Origin: Blepharisma stoltei ATCC 30299
Lineage: Eukaryota > Protista > Ciliophora
NCBI GenBank assembly: GCA_965603825.1
Contig: CBFDEM010000051.1
Coordinates: forward strand, 806,001-870,000
Direction: 5' to 3'
DNA length: 64,000 bases
Positions 60,788-64,000 of this stretch are shown piece by piece. The notes below the pieces were generated by a model that was not told the DNA's origin, ran no database searches, and worked only from the letters and a program-made list of their open reading frames with translations. The first letter of the stretch is position 1, and each line of letters opens with the position of its first letter. The translations under genes were made by a program, and so were the position numbers.

Positions 60788-63700
60788 TGTTAGGGTGTTA
60801 GGGTGTTAGGGTGTTAGGGTGTTAGGGTGTTAGGGTGTTAGGGTGTTAGGGTGTTAGGGTGTTAGGGTGTTAGGGTGTTAGGGTGTTAGGGTGTTAGGGT
60901 GTTAGGGTGTTAGGGTGTTAGGGTGTTAGGGTGTTAGGGTGTTAGGGTGTTAGGGTGTTAGGGTGTTAGGGTGTTAGGGTGTTAGGGTGTTAGGGTGTTA
61001 GGGTGTTAGGGTGTTAGGGTGTTAGGGTGTTAGGGTGTTAGGGTGTTAGGGTGTTAGGGTGTTAGGGTGTTAGGGTGTTAGGGTGTTAGGGTGTTAGGGT
61101 GTTAGGGTGTTAGGGTGTTAGGGTGTTAGGGTGTTAGGGTGTTAGGGTGTTAGGGTGTTAGGGTGTTAGGGTGTTAGGGTGTTAGGGTGTTAGGGTGTTA
61201 GGGTGTTAGGGTGTTAGGGTGTTAGGGTGTTAGGGTGTTAGGGTGTTAGGGTGTTAGGGTGTTAGGGTGTTAGGGTGTTAGGGTGTTAGGGTGTTAGGGT
61301 GTTAGGGTGTTAGGGTGTTAGGGTGTTAGGGTGTTAGGGTGTTAGGGTGTTAGGGTGTTAGGGTGTTAGGGTGTTAGGGTGTTAGGGTGTTAGGGTGTTA
61401 GGGTGTTAGGGTGTTAGGGTGTTAGGGTGTTAGGGTGTTAGGGTGTTAGGGTGTTAGGGTGTTAGGGTGTTAGGGTGTTAGGGTGTTAGGGTGTTAGGGT
61501 GTTAGGGTGTTAGGGTGTTAGGGTGTTAGGGTGTTAGGGTGTTAGGGTGTTAGGGTGTTAGGGTGTTAGGGTGTTAGGGTGTTAGGGTGTTAGGGTGTTA
61601 GGGTGTTAGGGTGTTAGGGTGTTAGGGTGTTAGGGTGTTAGGGTGTTAGGGTGTTAGGGTGTTAGGGTGTTAGGGTGTTAGGGTGTTAGGGTGTTAGGGT
61701 GTTAGGGTGTTAGGGTGTTAGGGTGTTAGGGTGTTAGGGTGTTAGGGTGTTAGGGTGTTAGGGTGTTAGGGTGTTAGGGTGTTAGGGTGTTAGGGTGTTA
61801 GGGTGTTAGGGTGTTAGGGTGTTAGGGTGTTAGGGTGTTAGGGTGTTAGGGTGTTAGGGTGTTAGGGTGTTAGGGTGTTAGGGTGTTAGGGTGTTAGGGT
61901 GTTAGGGTGTTAGGGTGTTAGGGTGTTAGGGTGTTAGGGTGTTAGGGTGTTAGGGTGTTAGGGTGTTAGGGTGTTAGGGTGTTAGGGTGTTAGGGTGTTA
62001 GGGTGTTAGGGTGTTAGGGTGTTAGGGTGTTAGGGTGTTAGGGTGTTAGGGTGTTAGGGTGTTAGGGTGTTAGGGTGTTAGGGTGTTAGGGTGTTAGGGT
62101 GTTAGGGTGTTAGGGTGTTAGGGTGTTAGGGTGTTAGGGTGTTAGGGTGTTAGGGTGTTAGGGTGTTAGGGTGTTAGGGTGTTAGGGTGTTAGGGTGTTA
62201 GGGTGTTAGGGTGTTAGGGTGTTAGGGTGTTAGGGTGTTAGGGTGTTAGGGTGTTAGGGTGTTAGGGTGTTAGGGTGTTAGGGTGTTAGGGTGTTAGGGT
62301 GTTAGGGTGTTAGGGTGTTAGGGTGTTAGGGTGTTAGGGTGTTAGGGTGTTAGGGTGTTAGGGTGTTAGGGTGTTAGGGTGTTAGGGTGTTAGGGTGTTA
62401 GGGTGTTAGGGTGTTAGGGTGTTAGGGTGTTAGGGTGTTAGGGTGTTAGGGTGTTAGGGTGTTAGGGTGTTAGGGTGTTAGGGTGTTAGGGTGTTAGGGT
62501 GTTAGGGTGTTAGGGTGTTAGGGTGTTAGGGTGTTAGGGTGTTAGGGTGTTAGGGTGTTAGGGTGTTAGGGTGTTAGGGTGTTAGGGTGTTAGGGTGTTA
62601 GGGTGTTAGGGTGTTAGGGTGTTAGGGTGTTAGGGTGTTAGGGTGTTAGGGTGTTAGGGTGTTAGGGTGTTAGGGTGTTAGGGTGTTAGGGTGTTAGGGT
62701 GTTAGGGTGTTAGGGTGTTAGGGTGTTAGGGTGTTAGGGTGTTAGGGTGTTAGGGTGTTAGGGTGTTAGGGTGTTAGGGTGTTAGGGTGTTAGGGTGTTA
62801 GGGTGTTAGGGTGTTAGGGTGTTAGGGTGTTAGGGTGTTAGGGTGTTAGGGTGTTAGGGTGTTAGGGTGTTAGGGTGTTAGGGTGTTAGGGTGTTAGGGT
62901 GTTAGGGTGTTAGGGTGTTAGGGTGTTAGGGTGTTAGGGTGTTAGGGTGTTAGGGTGTTAGGGTGTTAGGGTGTTAGGGTGTTAGGGTGTTAGGGTGTTA
63001 GGGTGTTAGGGTGTTAGGGTGTTAGGGTGTTAGGGTGTTAGGGTGTTAGGGTGTTAGGGTGTTAGGGTGTTAGGGTGTTAGGGTGTTAGGGTGTTAGGGT
63101 GTTAGGGTGTTAGGGTGTTAGGGTGTTAGGGTGTTAGGGTGTTAGGGTGTTAGGGTGTTAGGGTGTTAGGGTGTTAGGGTGTTAGGGTGTTAGGGTGTTA
63201 GGGTGTTAGGGTGTTAGGGTGTTAGGGTGTTAGGGTGTTAGGGTGTTAGGGTGTTAGGGTGTTAGGGTGTTAGGGTGTTAGGGTGTTAGGGTGTTAGGGT
63301 GTTAGGGTGTTAGGGTGTTAGGGTGTTAGGGTGTTAGGGTGTTAGGGTGTTAGGGTGTTAGGGTGTTAGGGTGTTAGGGTGTTAGGGTGTTAGGGTGTTA
63401 GGGTGTTAGGGTGTTAGGGTGTTAGGGTGTTAGGGTGTTAGGGTGTTAGGGTGTTAGGGTGTTAGGGTGTTAGGGTGTTAGGGTGTTAGGGTGTTAGGGT
63501 GTTAGGGTGTTAGGGTGTTAGGGTGTTAGGGTGTTAGGGTGTTAGGGTGTTAGGGTGTTAGGGTGTTAGGGTGTTAGGGTGTTAGGGTGTTAGGGTGTTA
63601 GGGTGTTAGGGTGTTAGGGTGTTAGGGTGTTAGGGTGTTAGGGTGTTAGGGTGTTAGGGTGTTAGGGTGTTAGGGTGTTAGGGTGTTAGGGTGTTAGGGT

Positions 63701-64000
63701 GTTAGGGTGTTAGGGTGTTAGGGTGTTAGGGTGTTAGGGTGTTAGGGTGTTAGGGTGTTAGGGTGTTAGGGTGTTAGGGTGTTAGGGTGTTAGGGTGTTA
63801 GGGTGTTAGGGTGTTAGGGTGTTAGGGTGTTAGGGTGTTAGGGTGTTAGGGTGTTAGGGTGTTAGGGTGTTAGGGTGTTAGGGTGTTAGGGTGTTAGGGT
63901 GTTAGGGTGTTAGGGTGTTAGGGTGTTAGGGTGTTAGGGTGTTAGGGTGTTAGGGTGTTAGGGTGTTAGGGTGTTAGGGTGTTAGGGTGTTAGGGTGTTA
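60788..64000 (+). repeat. Telomere (TGTTAGGG)n / (CCCTAACA)n, about 401 perfect units, running to the window end
   Basis: Uninterrupted 8-mer array with the G-rich strand pointing 3'; CCCTAACA is the repeat known from Stentor and Blepharisma. Confidence 0.98.

Overview
This is AT-rich eukaryotic DNA from the right end of a ciliate chromosome, most likely a heterotrich of the Blepharisma type. Three signatures support this: TGA is read as Trp (TAA/TAG are the only stops), the spliceosomal introns are 15-16 nt, and the terminal telomere is (TGTTAGGG)n = (CCCTAACA)n. The supplied standard-code ORF track fragments most genes; re-reading with TGA=Trp gives about 25 genes. 2-28 kb is a fast-evolving accessory cluster. 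It holds about 10 plus-strand paralogs built from a B-box-like Zn finger, a coiled coil and a C-terminal all-Cys RING-like module (a 'reversed TRIM' order), followed by and partly interleaved with four minus-strand atypical kinases (DFD/DFN instead of DFG). It also contains gene relics, a 2.6-2.9 kb tandem duplication and a decayed FLYWCH/MULE-like relic. 29-56 kb holds more ordinary genes: GTP cyclohydrolase I, a PAS membrane protein, a 1979-aa beta-helix membrane protein, two PTS2-bearing acyl-CoA dehydrogenase/oxidase paralogs, a WD40-ankyrin-TRP-like channel, two very divergent beta-tubulins, alpha-amylase and a NudE-like gene. 56-60.8 kb is a decayed subtelomere with palindromic repeats. 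It ends in a doubly truncated APE-RT non-LTR retrotransposon whose endonuclease domain is cut and capped directly by more than 3.2 kb of perfect telomere.
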